DNA from: Clostridiales bacterium
GTDB taxonomy: Bacteria; Bacillota; Clostridia; Christensenellales; Aristaeellaceae
Length of the DNA: 32,000 bases
NCBI GenBank assembly: GCA_004556155.1
Contig: SFIM01000002.1
Coordinates: forward strand, 15,708-47,707
Direction: 5' to 3'
Shown: in pieces, positions 31,934 through 32,000 of the stretch
Layout of the letters: each line of letters starts with the position of its first letter
How positions within the stretch are numbered: the stretch's first letter is position 1
Position numbers and translations under genes: made by a program
The notes under the pieces: model-generated
What the model saw: only the letters and a program-made list of their open reading frames with translations
Databases searched by the model: none
What the model was told of the DNA's origin: nothing

Positions 31934-32000
31934 ACGCAAGGATCGGGACAAGTAGCCCCGCCATTCCCCCTTTCAGAGAGCCCGCGGACGGTGCAAGCGG
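31934..32000 (+). promoter_or_regulatory. Probable T-box leader, 5' part (Stem I), truncated by the window end
   Basis: After the promoter the sequence reads ...GGGACAAGTAGCC...CAGAGAGCCCGCGGACGGTGCAAGCGG. AGTA, the AGAGAG bulge and the GGTGCAA distal-loop element match conserved Stem I features of T-box riboswitches. Confidence 0.5.

Noticed and set aside
1-32000. Whole-window search for mobile elements, a skin-like insertion, CRISPR arrays, tRNA/rRNA genes, toxin-antitoxin pairs and known defence-system signatures
   Set aside because: No transposase, integrase or recombinase motifs were seen. There are no regularly spaced repeats beyond the single 14-bp pair, and no tRNA-like or rRNA-like sequence. 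Gene content is core, sporulation and envelope. I therefore do not claim a novel defence or mobile system here.

Overview
This is a visibly GC-rich chromosomal segment from an endospore-forming Firmicute, probably Clostridia-like (inferred from gene content). I support 36 protein-coding genes and one decayed gene. Most are on the minus strand and tightly packed.

Gene content:
- Sporulation genes: an uninterrupted pro-sigma-K gene, a complete spoIIIAA-AH operon (including a 54-codon spoIIIAF that the ORF track missed), and gerM.
- Housekeeping genes: RNase J, thioredoxin, an RseC-like protein, MltG, a U32 peptidase-like protein, a YlbF/YheA-family protein, RqcH, and an endonuclease-IV-like TIM-barrel protein.
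- Three tandem M42 aminopeptidase paralogs.
- Several cell-envelope genes: two L,D-transpeptidase-fold proteins, a CapA-like protein, and a six-gene operon (M1 peptidase, phosphodiester glycosidase, Lgt-like, DUF896, NUDIX, VanW).
- A sugar-related divergent pair (aldose 1-epimerase and an SGNH hydrolase).
- An Eis-like GNAT followed by an ABC-F ATPase.

Several near-consensus sigma-A promoters, three sigma-E-type promoter candidates, five intrinsic terminators and the start of a probable T-box leader can be read directly.

I found no rRNA, tRNA, CRISPR array, transposase, integrase or prophage remnant. I also do not see a convincing novel multi-gene system such as a defence island.

The best leads are:
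1. An ermC-like, ribosome-sensing attenuator leader in front of the ABC-F gene.
2. The tightly coupled six-gene envelope operon, whose promoter and leader carry an exact 14-bp direct repeat.
3. A minimal SpoIIIAF/AG/AH set.

All functional calls come from motif recognition by eye. No database search was run.
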